A stretch of DNA of 64,000 nucleotides, from the IMG/VR virus record IMGVR_UViG_3300044816_000082, positions 1 through 64,000 of that record; one strand, written 5' to 3'. This DNA comes from a virus. Position 1 is the stretch's first letter; every line of letters starts with the position of its first letter. Shown here one piece after another: positions 1 through 9,797 of this stretch. A model generated the notes under the pieces. The model was not told the origin of the DNA. It searched no databases and saw only the letters and a list, made by a program, of their open reading frames with translations. The translations under genes were made by a program, and so were the position numbers.

Positions 1-9
1 GTACAGCAG

Positions 10-720
10 ATGGTCCGCGGCGAGCGACCCATGGTCCCCAACGTGTACCTGCCCGACACAGTCCCTATCCGCGTCCAGCTGAACCTCGCCTTCCCGAACG
101 GCTTGCCGCTTGCGCCGGGACACAACTCGGCCGTTGCTCTCAAGCGCCCGGGCATCGACCGCGGCGCACAGAAGCGCACCTACCTCACGCCCCTGCACAT
201 GGCCCGCTGGCTCGCCGCCGCCGACGAGTCCCCCGACGCCCTGCTGATGGGGCTGCTGCTCGGCGAGTGCGGCCTCCGCATCGGCGAGGCCACGGGGCTC
301 GACATCGAAGACCTCGGCGAGCACCGCGGCCACGACACCATGACCGTCCTCGGCAAGGGCAACAAGACCGCCGTCATCCCGATCCCCGTCCCCGTCATGC
401 GCGTCCTGCGGGACACCATCGGCGACCGGACCACCGGCCCGGTGCTGCTCAACAAGCGCGGCCGACGGATGACCCGGTCCAACGCTGGCTACCTGATCCG
501 CAAGGTCGCCCTCGCAGCGGGCGTCAGCACCGACATCAGCCCCCACACCTTCCGCAGGGTCATGATCACCACCGCCCTGCAGATGGGGATCCCCGTCCAC
601 AAGGTCCAGCTCGCCGCCCGGCACTCGAGCATCAACACCACGATGATCTACAACCGCTACGACGGCTTCGACGACCACGCCACCCACACCGTCGCCGGGT
701 TCTACAGCCAGTTCGCCTGA
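10..720 (+). pseudogene. Tyrosine recombinase (XerC/D-like) catalytic domain, N-terminally truncated or fused to unrelated sequence
   Basis: Catalytic motifs GLRIGE (R), GKG (K), HTFRR (HxxR), ARH (H), TMIY (Y); no core-binding domain; first ~40 codons look unrelated; frame is open to the window edge. Confidence 0.75.
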
Positions 721-765
721 GCCGCTCGGAGGACGTTCGGTGGGCCCCACCTCTACCTTGAGCCG

Positions 766-1533
766 GTGAGCGCGAGACTGGGATGGGGCACACCTGGCGT
801 GGCGATGCTCGGCGACCCCGGGATCGTTGCCGCCGCCGCCACGTTCGTGGCCGCATCGCTGCTGCTCGTCCCGGGCTCACTTACCGTGCAGGGGTCAGCG
901 TCACTGTCGGCGCCGACGATCCTTACGGCAACCGGGTCGAGGACCGCCGCCGCGGCTGTCGCGCTGACCGCCCCGAGCAGCCTGCAGATCACCGAGCTGA
1001 TCACCGTGGTCGTCCGCACGGGGGTCCGGTCTGAGATAGCAGTCCCGGGCTATGCGATGCCCGGCATGGCTCTGCCGGGTGACCCCGGCCTCGTGGTCCC
1101 ACCTGCGCCCTTCACCGCCCCCACGGTCCTGACCGTCACAGGTGTGACCTCCCGTTTCGGAGCGGTCGTCCTCGCTGCCCCGACGGTGCTGTCGACGTCG
1201 GGCAATGTCACGCGGCTAGGCGCGACTGTCTTGACCGCGCCGACTGTCTTGACCGCGCCACCATCGGTCACAGCTCTCGGATTCTCGGCCCTCGCGGCGC
1301 CGACGGTGCTATCGATCGCGGCCGTCCTGACCCGGCAAGGCGCTGCGGTCCTGATCAGCCCGACAGCCCTGTCGGCACTGGGCGTCGACATCGTTTCCGT
1401 CCCGGTGGCACTGTCCTCGACCTCGCGGTTGACGGTGATTCCGCACATCATCCGGCTTCGGGGACCGAGCCACGGCCGGACCTTCCCGCTCGCGGGCCGA
1501 CCCACTCACGGTGAGGTGTTCGTCGGGGGGTAG
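766..1533 (+). CDS. Probable virion structural protein with repeated L(S/T/A)APT(V/I)L motifs
   Basis: Ala/Thr/Val-rich internal repeats; position before head-tail genes; late-type promoter just upstream. Confidence 0.55.
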   Translation: MSARLGWGTPGVAMLGDPGIVAAAATFVAASLLLVPGSLTVQGSASLSAPTILTATGSRTAAAAVALTAPSSLQITELITVVVRTGVRSEIAVPGYAMPGMALPGDPGLVVPPAPFTAPTVLTVTGVTSRFGAVVLAAPTVLSTSGNVTRLGATVLTAPTVLTAPPSVTALGFSALAAPTVLSIAAVLTRQGAAVLISPTALSALGVDIVSVPVALSSTSRLTVIPHIIRLRGPSHGRTFPLAGRPTHGEVFVGG

Positions 1534-1561
1534 GCGACATACAGCGCCGCGAGGGGGCACC

Positions 1562-2527
1562 ATGGCGGGCGTGCAGACCATCGACTACGTGCCGTTCAGC
1601 GATGACGGGCTGCCGCTCGACCTTGCACCGCAGGGCGGAACGGTCGACCGGCTGCAACTGTGGTTCGACCCGGGCATGACAGGTGCGGCTGCGGTCGACG
1701 TCGGACCCGCGACCCGCGTGACAGTCGCCGTCGGCGCGGGCTTCGCGTACCGCTTCCTCGTCGCCGAGGACATCATCGGCCGGTTCTACGGGCGCGTCAC
1801 TCTCACCCCGAGCGACGACGAGGGTGAGACGACGTTCGATGACAACCTCGTCACCGCGATTGATCTACCGACCACCGCACCGGGACGAATCTCGCCGTAC
1901 AGCCTCGCGATCCGGGCAGGCATCGCCGTCCCGACGCCCGCGCAGCTCGCGTTGTGGATCGACCTCATCGACGAGGCGTACGACGAGGTCGAGACGTTCC
2001 TCAACCGGCCCGCGCGGCTCACTGTCCTCACCGAATCGCTCAACGCCGCGCCCGGCGGGTGGCAGTTCCGGCACGACCCGGTGTGGAAGATCCTCAGTGC
2101 TGTCGCCCGCGATGACGGTCTGTACGACGTCACTTACCTGTGCGGGTTGCAGGACCCGATCGCGCTCAAGGCCATCGGGACCTACGTCAAGGCGAGTGCC
2201 CTCGAGAAGGCCCGGTGGACCCCCGGCAGCGGCATGCGTCCCTACGTCAACACGGTCAGCGTCGAAGGGCAGTCGGTCACGTTCGGGGGCACCGCCGGCC
2301 CCGGTGGGGCGCACCCCACCATGGGCGCAGCAGCCGGAGCTCCCCCGACCCTGCGAACCCTGAGCAAGTGGAAACGACGAGGCGTCTACAGCCGTCCCCG
2401 GTTTAGCGGGTACGCCCCGAGCGGCAGCTCCTGGGAAGGGACGGGGCCCAACGCCGGGGACGCCCGCTACGACATCACAGGATGGGGCGGCGGTACGAGC
2501 GGCATCGTCTACGGGGGCGGACTGTGA
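1562..2527 (+). CDS. Head-tail connector/adaptor-like protein (start may be GTG 1571)
   Basis: Synteny; LIDEAYDEVETFLNRP, YDVTYLCG and SVEGQSVTF segments typical of connector proteins. Confidence 0.55.
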   Translation: MAGVQTIDYVPFSDDGLPLDLAPQGGTVDRLQLWFDPGMTGAAAVDVGPATRVTVAVGAGFAYRFLVAEDIIGRFYGRVTLTPSDDEGETTFDDNLVTAIDLPTTAPGRISPYSLAIRAGIAVPTPAQLALWIDLIDEAYDEVETFLNRPARLTVLTESLNAAPGGWQFRHDPVWKILSAVARDDGLYDVTYLCGLQDPIALKAIGTYVKASALEKARWTPGSGMRPYVNTVSVEGQSVTFGGTAGPGGAHPTMGAAAGAPPTLRTLSKWKRRGVYSRPRFSGYAPSGSSWEGTGPNAGDARYDITGWGGGTSGIVYGGGL

Positions 2528-2862
2528 TCTTCCTCCCCGACGGGCAGTACACCGTCATCCCGAACACCGAAGTGCTCACCCCCCAAGGCAACATCCGACG
2601 CAGCTACGACCCCACCACCGCACGGGGACCGTGGAACGGTCGGCGGATCCGCCAAACCGACCCGGCGAACTGGCACGTCGCGGTTGAACCCGAGGCGTGG
2701 CCGGTGAACAGGCTCGATCTAGTGCGGTTCCCCGACGGCCGGGAAGTCGTCGTGCAGACCGCGGAGTACCGCGGTCCCACCCCCGGCACGTCCGACGCTG
2801 ACATCGTGGCGTTCGTCCAGATCGAGGGCCGGATGCGTGACGCAGCGCAACAACCGACGTGA
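2524..2862 (+). CDS. Head-tail stopper/adaptor-like protein
   Basis: GTGA overlap with previous gene; size and synteny. Confidence 0.5.
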   Translation: MIFLPDGQYTVIPNTEVLTPQGNIRRSYDPTTARGPWNGRRIRQTDPANWHVAVEPEAWPVNRLDLVRFPDGREVVVQTAEYRGPTPGTSDADIVAFVQIEGRMRDAAQQPT

Positions 2863-3230
2863 GCCACTACGAACCCCCCGACCCGGCAACGCTGAACCGG
2901 GAGGTCGCCCACGGGTCGGTGCTCCCGGAGGTACTTCGTACGCAGGTCGGGATCCGCACCAAAGGGAAACGGAACGCCCGGATCCGAACGGGCCGGATGC
3001 GTTACGAGATCGAGGCTGACAAGCCCCGCGAGGAAGGTACCCGCGTCCACGGCATCGTCCACTCAAGCGCGATTGACCCTGACCGACCGACCGTCGACTA
3101 TGCCTGCTTTCAGGAGTTCGGGACTCGGTACATCACCCCGAATGCGCACATGCGGAAGGCAGCGCGGGCGGAAGCGGCCGAGCGGGGACATCGGTATGAC
3201 CCACGTCCTGATCCGTGGCCGCACCGCTAA
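2859..3230 (+). CDS. HK97 gp10-like tail-completion protein
   Basis: IRTGRMR...DYACFQEFGTRY...HMRKA motif pattern. Confidence 0.7.
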   Translation: MSHYEPPDPATLNREVAHGSVLPEVLRTQVGIRTKGKRNARIRTGRMRYEIEADKPREEGTRVHGIVHSSAIDPDRPTVDYACFQEFGTRYITPNAHMRKAARAEAAERGHRYDPRPDPWPHR

Positions 3231-3291
3231 GGCGCGACCCTGCCGATGCTTGGGCGCTACCGTCGCGGCACACCGATCCTGCGGAGGAAAC

Positions 3292-3555
3292 ATGCCCGGA
3301 CGTCGTCGTACCAGCCCAAGCGCTGCTGCTGAGGGTGATGTGACGCTCAAGCTCGCTCATCACCTCAACGAGGGGAACCCCTACACGGGGGAGGCGCAGA
3401 TCCCCGGTGACGAGGTGGTCCTTCCCCGCGCGCAGGCCGCGAGCCTGATCGCGTCGGGATACGCCGCGGTCGACGCGGAGGACCCGGTCGCGGTCGCGGT
3501 CGCGCTCGGGGACCCGGCGCCGCACGATGACGCCGGCGGAGAACCGGACGCGTGA
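3292..3555 (+). CDS. Small virion-associated hypothetical protein
   Basis: GGAGGA SD before ATG 3292; GDEVVLP..A.SLIASGYA motif. Confidence 0.55.
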   Translation: MPGRRRTSPSAAAEGDVTLKLAHHLNEGNPYTGEAQIPGDEVVLPRAQAASLIASGYAAVDAEDPVAVAVALGDPAPHDDAGGEPDA

Positions 3556-4031
3556 CCCGCCCCGGGACCGCAGCGGAAACCGACCCGCTCGCGATCGTCC
3601 GGGCGCACCTGATCGGGCACGCCGCGGTCGACGCGGAACTCGCGCGGCACATCAGCGGTGGTGACGACAGCCTCGGGGGAACCGGTGAGCGGATCCTGAC
3701 CGTCGTCCGCCCGCCGTACCCGATGCTGCGGATCGCGCTCCTCAACCACGACCCCGGGGAGATGCTGTGGCGCAGCGTGGCCGACGTCCAGATCGAGGCG
3801 TGGGGCGACACCGACGGCACCATCACCGGCGATGACCTCCGCCGGCTGCTCATGGTCGCGATGACAGCGTGCAAGGACTTGGAGACCAGGACCTACCGGC
3901 CAGACGAACCGGTGGTGAACCACGTCCAAGGCGGCGGCCCCGGCGCACCGTTGGAAGACCCCGATACCAAGCAGCTCTACTACGTCGGGTCGGTGGCGCT
4001 CACCTTGCACCCGGCGTTCGCGGTGACGTAG
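3552..4031 (+). CDS. Tail terminator-like protein
   Basis: PYPMLRI...VQIEAWG pattern; immediately upstream of the major tail gene. Confidence 0.6.
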   Translation: MTRPGTAAETDPLAIVRAHLIGHAAVDAELARHISGGDDSLGGTGERILTVVRPPYPMLRIALLNHDPGEMLWRSVADVQIEAWGDTDGTITGDDLRRLLMVAMTACKDLETRTYRPDEPVVNHVQGGGPGAPLEDPDTKQLYYVGSVALTLHPAFAVT

Positions 4032-4104
4032 GCGCGACGTTGCCCACGTCCGCGCTTTAGCCTCCCGGCGAGAGGTCCGAACCGCTAACCGGAGGTCCAC
4101 CCCG

Positions 4105-4698
4105 ATGACGACAGACGCAAACAGGATCGTGATTGCCGGTGTGGCGCGCATCCACCTCGGCCCCACAGGCACCGTCGCTCCCGTCGACGCGGTCGTCACC
4201 CCCGGCACCGGATGGCGTGAGGTCGGGCTGACCACGCAGGACAGCCTCGCGTTCACGACCGCTCCCACGTTCGGGCAGGTCCGGTCCCACCAGTCGGGCT
4301 TCCCGACCCGCAACTTCCAGCAGACCGACGCGGCCCGCGTCGACGTCGACCTGCAGGAGTTCAGCGGCGCCAACATCCTCGCCGTCAACGGCGGCGGGGT
4401 CCTGACACAGGTCGTGGCCCCGTCCGTCGGCCCGCCGGTCGTCGCTGGGGTGTGGAAGTACAGCCCCCCCGCGATCGGTGGCCGGTCCAACATCGCGGCC
4501 CTCGCGACCGTCACCGACGGCGCGAAGCACTATCGGTACGTCGTACCGCTGTGCTTCCAAGACGCCGGCGTCACCGAGAAACTCACGAAGACCGCCGAGA
4601 CAACCCTGCCTCTGCGGCTCCAAGTCATCGGATCCGACGGCGTCGACCCGTACTACATCCTTACCGATGACCCCTCGTGGAGCCCGACCGCGGGCTGA
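4105..4698 (+). CDS. Major tail (tube) protein
   Basis: IHLGPTGT.AP...WREVGLTT.D motif of actinophage tail tube proteins; GGAGG SD; followed by a terminator. Confidence 0.8.
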   Translation: MTTDANRIVIAGVARIHLGPTGTVAPVDAVVTPGTGWREVGLTTQDSLAFTTAPTFGQVRSHQSGFPTRNFQQTDAARVDVDLQEFSGANILAVNGGGVLTQVVAPSVGPPVVAGVWKYSPPAIGGRSNIAALATVTDGAKHYRYVVPLCFQDAGVTEKLTKTAETTLPLRLQVIGSDGVDPYYILTDDPSWSPTAG

Positions 4699-4711
4699 CC
4701 TCAAGCGCCGA

Positions 4712-4746
4712 GCGGCCACTGCCCCGACCGGGCGGTGGCCGTTTGT
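4712..4746 (+). terminator. Intrinsic terminator after major tail gene
   Basis: GCGGCCACTGCCC-cgacc-GGGCGGTGGCCGT hairpin followed by TTGT. Confidence 0.65.
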
Positions 4747-4825
4747 GCGCTCAGCCTCGCGACGTTCGGGGGTCGGGTGCGGCATCCTCGCCCCTGACCG
4801 ACCCACACCGGACAGGAGACATCCC

Positions 4826-5434
4826 ATGACCGAACCGACCACCACGCCGACCGTCAACGACGGCGTGATCGACCTCAACGCGAGCCGAGCAGCTCGCCGC
4901 GAAGGCAAGGCACGCGAGCTCCGCATCACCCTCGGGGACGCACACATCACCCTCCCCCCCGAGTTCCCTCTCGACGCCCTCAGCCCCCTCACCGACGTCG
5001 ACCTCGACCTCGGGATGGTGGTGGCAGCACGCGACCCTGAGCAGATGCTGAGGGACCTCGCGACGGCCCGCCCCGCGATCGTCGTGGAGGCCGTGAAAGC
5101 AGGCAAGGCCGTGCTCGAGGGCCTGTTCTGCTCCTGCGGTGCCTACGTCGCGAACCTCTCGCTGCTACCCGGGGAGGACCGTGAGGCGCACGAGGAATGC
5201 CAGTGGTCCGCGTTCATCGCGGAACGCCCGAGCGGGCAGGACCTGGCAGCGCTTGGTAAGGGCCTGCTCGCCGCGTACGGGGTGAGCCTGGGGGAAGCGC
5301 TCGCGTCCTCCGGCTCTGCTGGGAGCGGTGGGACGACGTCGAGGCAGACCTCCAGCGGTACTACCACCTCGACGCGCGCCAAGCGTGGGAAACGAACCGT
5401 GCAGGCGGTCCCCGCCTCGGTTTCCGTCGGCTAG
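4826..5434 (+). CDS. Tail assembly chaperone (gpG-like, frame 0)
   Basis: AGGAG SD; lies between major tail and tape measure genes. Confidence 0.8.
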   Translation: MTEPTTTPTVNDGVIDLNASRAARREGKARELRITLGDAHITLPPEFPLDALSPLTDVDLDLGMVVAARDPEQMLRDLATARPAIVVEAVKAGKAVLEGLFCSCGAYVANLSLLPGEDREAHEECQWSAFIAERPSGQDLAALGKGLLAAYGVSLGEALASSGSAGSGGTTSRQTSSGTTTSTRAKRGKRTVQAVPASVSVG

Positions 5435-5706
5435 TCGCGCTGCTTGACCGTCTCCCACCGGAGGCGTTGACACGACAGGAGGCCGGGGAACGTGACGAGT
5501 GGTGGAGCGTCAACACCGAACTGCTCGCGCAGCTCGTGGAGGCAGTGACCGTGCTCGCTGCTGACCGCCGGTACGAACAGCCCCGGCAGATCCCACGGCC
5601 GAGCGACCGCCGGCGACGTCGGCATGGTCCCTCGAGGCAGGGTAGTAACGGCACGTCCTCCCCCGCGGAGGTCATGGCGTTCTTTGCAGGGAAGGTCCAC
5701 GGGTGA
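4826..5706 (+). CDS. Tail assembly chaperone gpGT-like, via -1 programmed frameshift at GGGGGAA (5290-5296)
   Basis: -1 frame after CTG GGG GAA is open and reads ...WDDVEADLQRYYHLD...RRLVALLDRLPPEALTRQEAG... to stop at 5706. Confidence 0.85.
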
Positions 5707-8700
5707 CTGACTACGGCGGCGGTCGCGTCGTCATCGACGTCGTGGGGGACACGAAGAACTTCACTCGTGACCTCCAGGCGAAGGTCGACGCGGCCGTCTC
5801 CGGTGTCCACGCGCACGTCAAGGTCGGGGATGCCGGGCACGCCGCGGTCGTCCCGGTCGAACCCGAACTTGCTCACGGAGCTGAGGAACGACTCCGGACC
5901 AAGATCGAGGCTGCGGAGGCACGCCTCACGTCGCGGAGCAAAGCCGCGATCGTCAACCTCGAACTGAACAACACGAGCGCCGCTGAGCTCAACGCGAAGG
6001 TACGGGCCGCGATCGACACTGCCGACGCGGGCAGCGAGATCCACGTCAAGGCGAAGGTCGCTGACGGTAGCTACGAACGGATCCGGTTCGAGCTCGCCAG
6101 GTACCAGGAACTCGCCCGCGCGCATGACCTCACGATCAAGGTCGACATCGATCGGTCCAAGACCGACGAGGCCAAGAACGGGTTCGAGAGCCTCATCGGG
6201 GTCGTCGACAAGACCGGGGGGGTGTTCCTCGGTCTCGCGGGCGGCGGCCTACCTGGCATCGCGATGCTCGCCGGGATGACAGGAGCGATCGGGCCGCTGA
6301 TCGGTGCGCTCGGTGGACTCGTCGCGGGGATCGCCCCGGCGATCGGAGCGCTCGCCGCGATCCCCGCCGCAGTAGGTGTCGCCGGCGGGGCGATGCTGTC
6401 CCTCAAACTCGGGATCGGGGACGCCCTCAAGGGAGCGGGTGCGCTCGAGTCAGCGCAGAAGACCGCGGGGACAAGCGCACAGTCGAACGCGAACGCGCAG
6501 CGATCCGCCGCGCAGGCCGTCGTGTCAGCGAACCAAGCCGTGCAGTCCGCCGAGCAGCGGCTGCGGGACACCACGATCACGAACGCGGAGCAGATCAAGG
6601 CCGCGAAGCAGACGCTCGCGAACGCTCAGCAACAGGCATCGCTCAATCAGGTCAGCGCGATCCGGAACATGCAGAACGCCGAGTACGCGTACGCGGCGAC
6701 GACCCGGCAGGTCCGGGATGCTGTCATCGCGCTCGACAGGGCACGCCAGGACGCTGCCCGTAACCTCCAAGATCAGGCGAACGCGGCGAAGGACGCGGAC
6801 CTGAGTGCGCAGCAAGCGCAACTTGCGTTGAAACAGGCGCAACTCAATGCTGCTCAGGTCGCGGGTAACCCCAACAGCACCGCGTTGCAGATCGCTGAGG
6901 CGAACCTCGCGGTCGAGGAAGCGCAGCAGCACCTGACAGAGGCGCAGCTCGCAGCTCAACGCGCCGCGGCGGACAACACGAAAGCGCAGAAGGCGGGGGT
7001 CGACGGCAACGCGCAGGTCAAGAGCGCGACGCAGCAGCTCGCGGACGCGCAGCACAGCCAGCGGTTGCAGGAGGTCGGGCTCGCGGACCTGCGCGCCGCC
7101 AACGCCCGCCAGGCCGTTGCGGACACCCGCTCGATCGCGAACGCTCAGCAGAGCCTTGGGGACACCTACCGCACCACAAGCGAGGCGAGCGCAAGCGCGG
7201 TGCAGGCCGTCGCGAACAGCCAGCAGTCGCTCGCGAACGCGATCCGGTCGCAGCAGCAGCAGTCATCGGCGTACGCGCTCACGACGACGAACGCCCTCAA
7301 GGGCCTCGATGCGCAGCAACAGGCATTCGCGCGGACCGTCGTGGCCTTCCACGACGGTCCCCTCAAGCAGCTCAAGAAGGCCGCCGCTGACGCGCTGCTC
7401 CCCGGTCTCGGGGATGCGCTCCGGACGTTAGGACAACCAGGGGGGCTGTTCAGCGCTCTCGGGAGCGTCGTGACGTCCACAGGTGGGGCGCTAGGCGATA
7501 TGGCGCGGCAAGGCGCAACGCTGCTCTCGAGCGGCCCGTTCCACCGGGACCTGACGACGATCGGGAAGAACAACGTCGGGATCATCAACAGCGTCGGGGC
7601 GGGACTGCGGTACGTCCTCGACGCGGCCCGGTCCCTTGCGGTCGCTGGCGCGCCTCTCGTCCAGTTCTTCGCGGACACCTTCCGGGACGGAGCGAAGCAC
7701 CTCGACACGTGGGTGCAGAAGGCGCGCGGGACCGGGGCGCTCACGAAGTTCTTCGAGCAGGTGCAGCACACCCTGACCGACCTCGGACACATCCTGCGGG
7801 ACGTCACCGTCGGGATCTCACACTTCTTTGGCGCCGGGATCCCGTCCGGCACGGGGCTGCTCGACAGCCTCGCGAAGGCTGCTGCTCACTTCCGTGCCCT
7901 CACCGGAACCCCTGAGGCGCAGGCGAAGTTCGCGAAGTTCTTCGCTGACACGGCAGGTGCAGCACGTGCCCTCGGGACAGCCTTCACGACGTTGGTGGCG
8001 GACTTCTCAAAGATCAGCGGGGCGAACGCCGGGGCGCTCACCGGGATCCTGCAGGGCCTCGCGAAAGCACTACCTGCCCTGTCGGTCGCGCTGTCCGGGT
8101 TCGGGTCCGGCGCCGGTGGAGGCGCGTCCGTCATCAGCTCGCTGTTCGGGTTGCTCGGGAAGGCATCGGGGGCCTCCGGGATCCTCGGTGACGTCGTTGG
8201 GGGTCTGCTCAAGTTCGGTGGTGCACTCGCCGGCATCGCGGCCGTCGCGAAGCTCAGCGGCCTGCTCAGCATCGGGCGGTTCTTGTTCTCCCTCGGTGGT
8301 GAGGAGGGCAAGATCGCGAAGGTCGCCGCTGCGTTCACCACGCTGCGTGAGGCGCTGTTCGGGGTCGCTGCTGCGGAGGGCGTCGTCGCGAAGGAAGGAC
8401 TCCTACAGGCCATTGCAACGAAGATCATGACAGCGGCGCAGTGGGCGTTCAACGTTGCCATGGACGCCAACCCGGTAACCCTGGTCATCATCGCGATCAT
8501 CGCCTTGGCCGTCGGGCTTTACGAGCTCTACAAGCACAGCTCCGCCGTGCGTGCTGTGTTCAACGCGATCGGAGGGTTCCTCAAGGACGTGTTCCTGGGC
8601 GCGGTCCACGCTGTCGGGACGGCCTTCTCGTTCGTCACCCACCACCTCAAACTGTTCGGGGAGGTGCTGCTACTCACGCTCGGGCCGCTCGGGCTCATCA

Positions 8701-9788
8701 TCGATGTGTTCCTCAACTGGAACAAGATCGGCCCGATCGTCGGGAAGGTCCTCGACACCGTGATCGGGTTCTTCACCACCATGCCCGGCAAGATCATGGG
8801 CGCGATCGTCGGGCTGCTCGGCTCGATCGTCGATTTCTTCGGTGGGTTGTTCAGCGCGGTCGGGTCGGCTGTGCTGTCGGGGCTCGTGTCGATCGTGAAG
8901 TTCTACGCCGGGCTGCCGCTACGGATCATCACCGCGATCCTGCACCTAGACCGGATGATCGTAGAGTTCCTCGCTCGCGTGTTCGTGTCCGCGGGGAAGG
9001 CCGTGGTCCAGGGGATCGTGGCGGTCGTCGGGTTCTTCCTGGCCCTACCTGGCAAGGTCATCGGTGCTGTCGCACGCCTCGGGTCGGACTTGGCGAACTC
9101 GGCGCTGTCGTTCCTGACAAGCATGGGGAGCGCGCTCGAGCGGGGCGTCGGGCGGGTGCTGGGGTTCTTCACGAGCTTGCCGCAGCGCATGCTCAACGGT
9201 CTCGGGAACATCGGCAAGACGATGCTCGACGTCGGCACCAACATCGTGCAAGGGATCTGGAACGGGATCAGCAACGCCGGTGGGGCGTTCGGCAAGTTCG
9301 TCGAGAAGTGGGTCAAGGATCACATCCCCGGCCCGATACAGGCTCTGCTCAAGATGTTCTCCCCGTCGCAGGTCATGGCCGACATGGGTGTCAACATCGT
9401 CGAGGGACTCGCGCAGGGCATCGACGCCCACGGACCTCGAGCGGCCGATGCGAGCCGGACGGTGGCGCAGAAGGTCGCGGCGGCGGCCGCGAACGTGCAG
9501 CAGCCTGTCCTGCACGTCGGGGACGTCGCTGGCGGCGGCACGACGATGCGTCGCACGGTCGGGGGGACAGCACGGAACACCCTCGAGGGGTTGCGGAGCA
9601 AGGCGTCGCTCATGACGGCCGGGATGAGCGCTCAGGCGCAGCAGGCGATCGAACTGCTCCTCGCGGAAGGTGCAGTCAAGGTGTACGTCGACGGGGTCGA
9701 ACGGCCCGCGAGCATTCACAGCACCCTGCGCCGCGCGAACCTGCCCGGGAACCCGCCCATGGCACCCCGGACGGTTGTCCATGCCTAG
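5703..9788 (+). CDS. Tape measure protein
   Basis: 1361 aa; Ala/Gln-rich coiled coil; AAQWAFNVAMDANP and FSPSQVM motifs; follows chaperones. Confidence 0.93.
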   Translation: MTDYGGGRVVIDVVGDTKNFTRDLQAKVDAAVSGVHAHVKVGDAGHAAVVPVEPELAHGAEERLRTKIEAAEARLTSRSKAAIVNLELNNTSAAELNAKVRAAIDTADAGSEIHVKAKVADGSYERIRFELARYQELARAHDLTIKVDIDRSKTDEAKNGFESLIGVVDKTGGVFLGLAGGGLPGIAMLAGMTGAIGPLIGALGGLVAGIAPAIGALAAIPAAVGVAGGAMLSLKLGIGDALKGAGALESAQKTAGTSAQSNANAQRSAAQAVVSANQAVQSAEQRLRDTTITNAEQIKAAKQTLANAQQQASLNQVSAIRNMQNAEYAYAATTRQVRDAVIALDRARQDAARNLQDQANAAKDADLSAQQAQLALKQAQLNAAQVAGNPNSTALQIAEANLAVEEAQQHLTEAQLAAQRAAADNTKAQKAGVDGNAQVKSATQQLADAQHSQRLQEVGLADLRAANARQAVADTRSIANAQQSLGDTYRTTSEASASAVQAVANSQQSLANAIRSQQQQSSAYALTTTNALKGLDAQQQAFARTVVAFHDGPLKQLKKAAADALLPGLGDALRTLGQPGGLFSALGSVVTSTGGALGDMARQGATLLSSGPFHRDLTTIGKNNVGIINSVGAGLRYVLDAARSLAVAGAPLVQFFADTFRDGAKHLDTWVQKARGTGALTKFFEQVQHTLTDLGHILRDVTVGISHFFGAGIPSGTGLLDSLAKAAAHFRALTGTPEAQAKFAKFFADTAGAARALGTAFTTLVADFSKISGANAGALTGILQGLAKALPALSVALSGFGSGAGGGASVISSLFGLLGKASGASGILGDVVGGLLKFGGALAGIAAVAKLSGLLSIGRFLFSLGGEEGKIAKVAAAFTTLREALFGVAAAEGVVAKEGLLQAIATKIMTAAQWAFNVAMDANPVTLVIIAIIALAVGLYELYKHSSAVRAVFNAIGGFLKDVFLGAVHAVGTAFSFVTHHLKLFGEVLLLTLGPLGLIIDVFLNWNKIGPIVGKVLDTVIGFFTTMPGKIMGAIVGLLGSIVDFFGGLFSAVGSAVLSGLVSIVKFYAGLPLRIITAILHLDRMIVEFLARVFVSAGKAVVQGIVAVVGFFLALPGKVIGAVARLGSDLANSALSFLTSMGSALERGVGRVLGFFTSLPQRMLNGLGNIGKTMLDVGTNIVQGIWNGISNAGGAFGKFVEKWVKDHIPGPIQALLKMFSPSQVMADMGVNIVEGLAQGIDAHGPRAADASRTVAQKVAAAAANVQQPVLHVGDVAGGGTTMRRTVGGTARNTLEGLRSKASLMTAGMSAQAQQAIELLLAEGAVKVYVDGVERPASIHSTLRRANLPGNPPMAPRTVVHA

Positions 9789-9797
9789 GAGGCGAGC

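Noticed and set aside
1223-1258. 18-bp tandem duplication in the 766-1533 gene
   Set aside because: Explained by the protein's internal repeat.
5387-5393. GGGAAAC as the chaperone slippery site
   Set aside because: Wrong phase for tandem -1 slippage, and the conserved -1-frame peptide begins upstream of it.
5468-5478. TGACACGACAG identical to the origin iteron
   Set aside because: Single isolated copy in coding sequence; probably chance.
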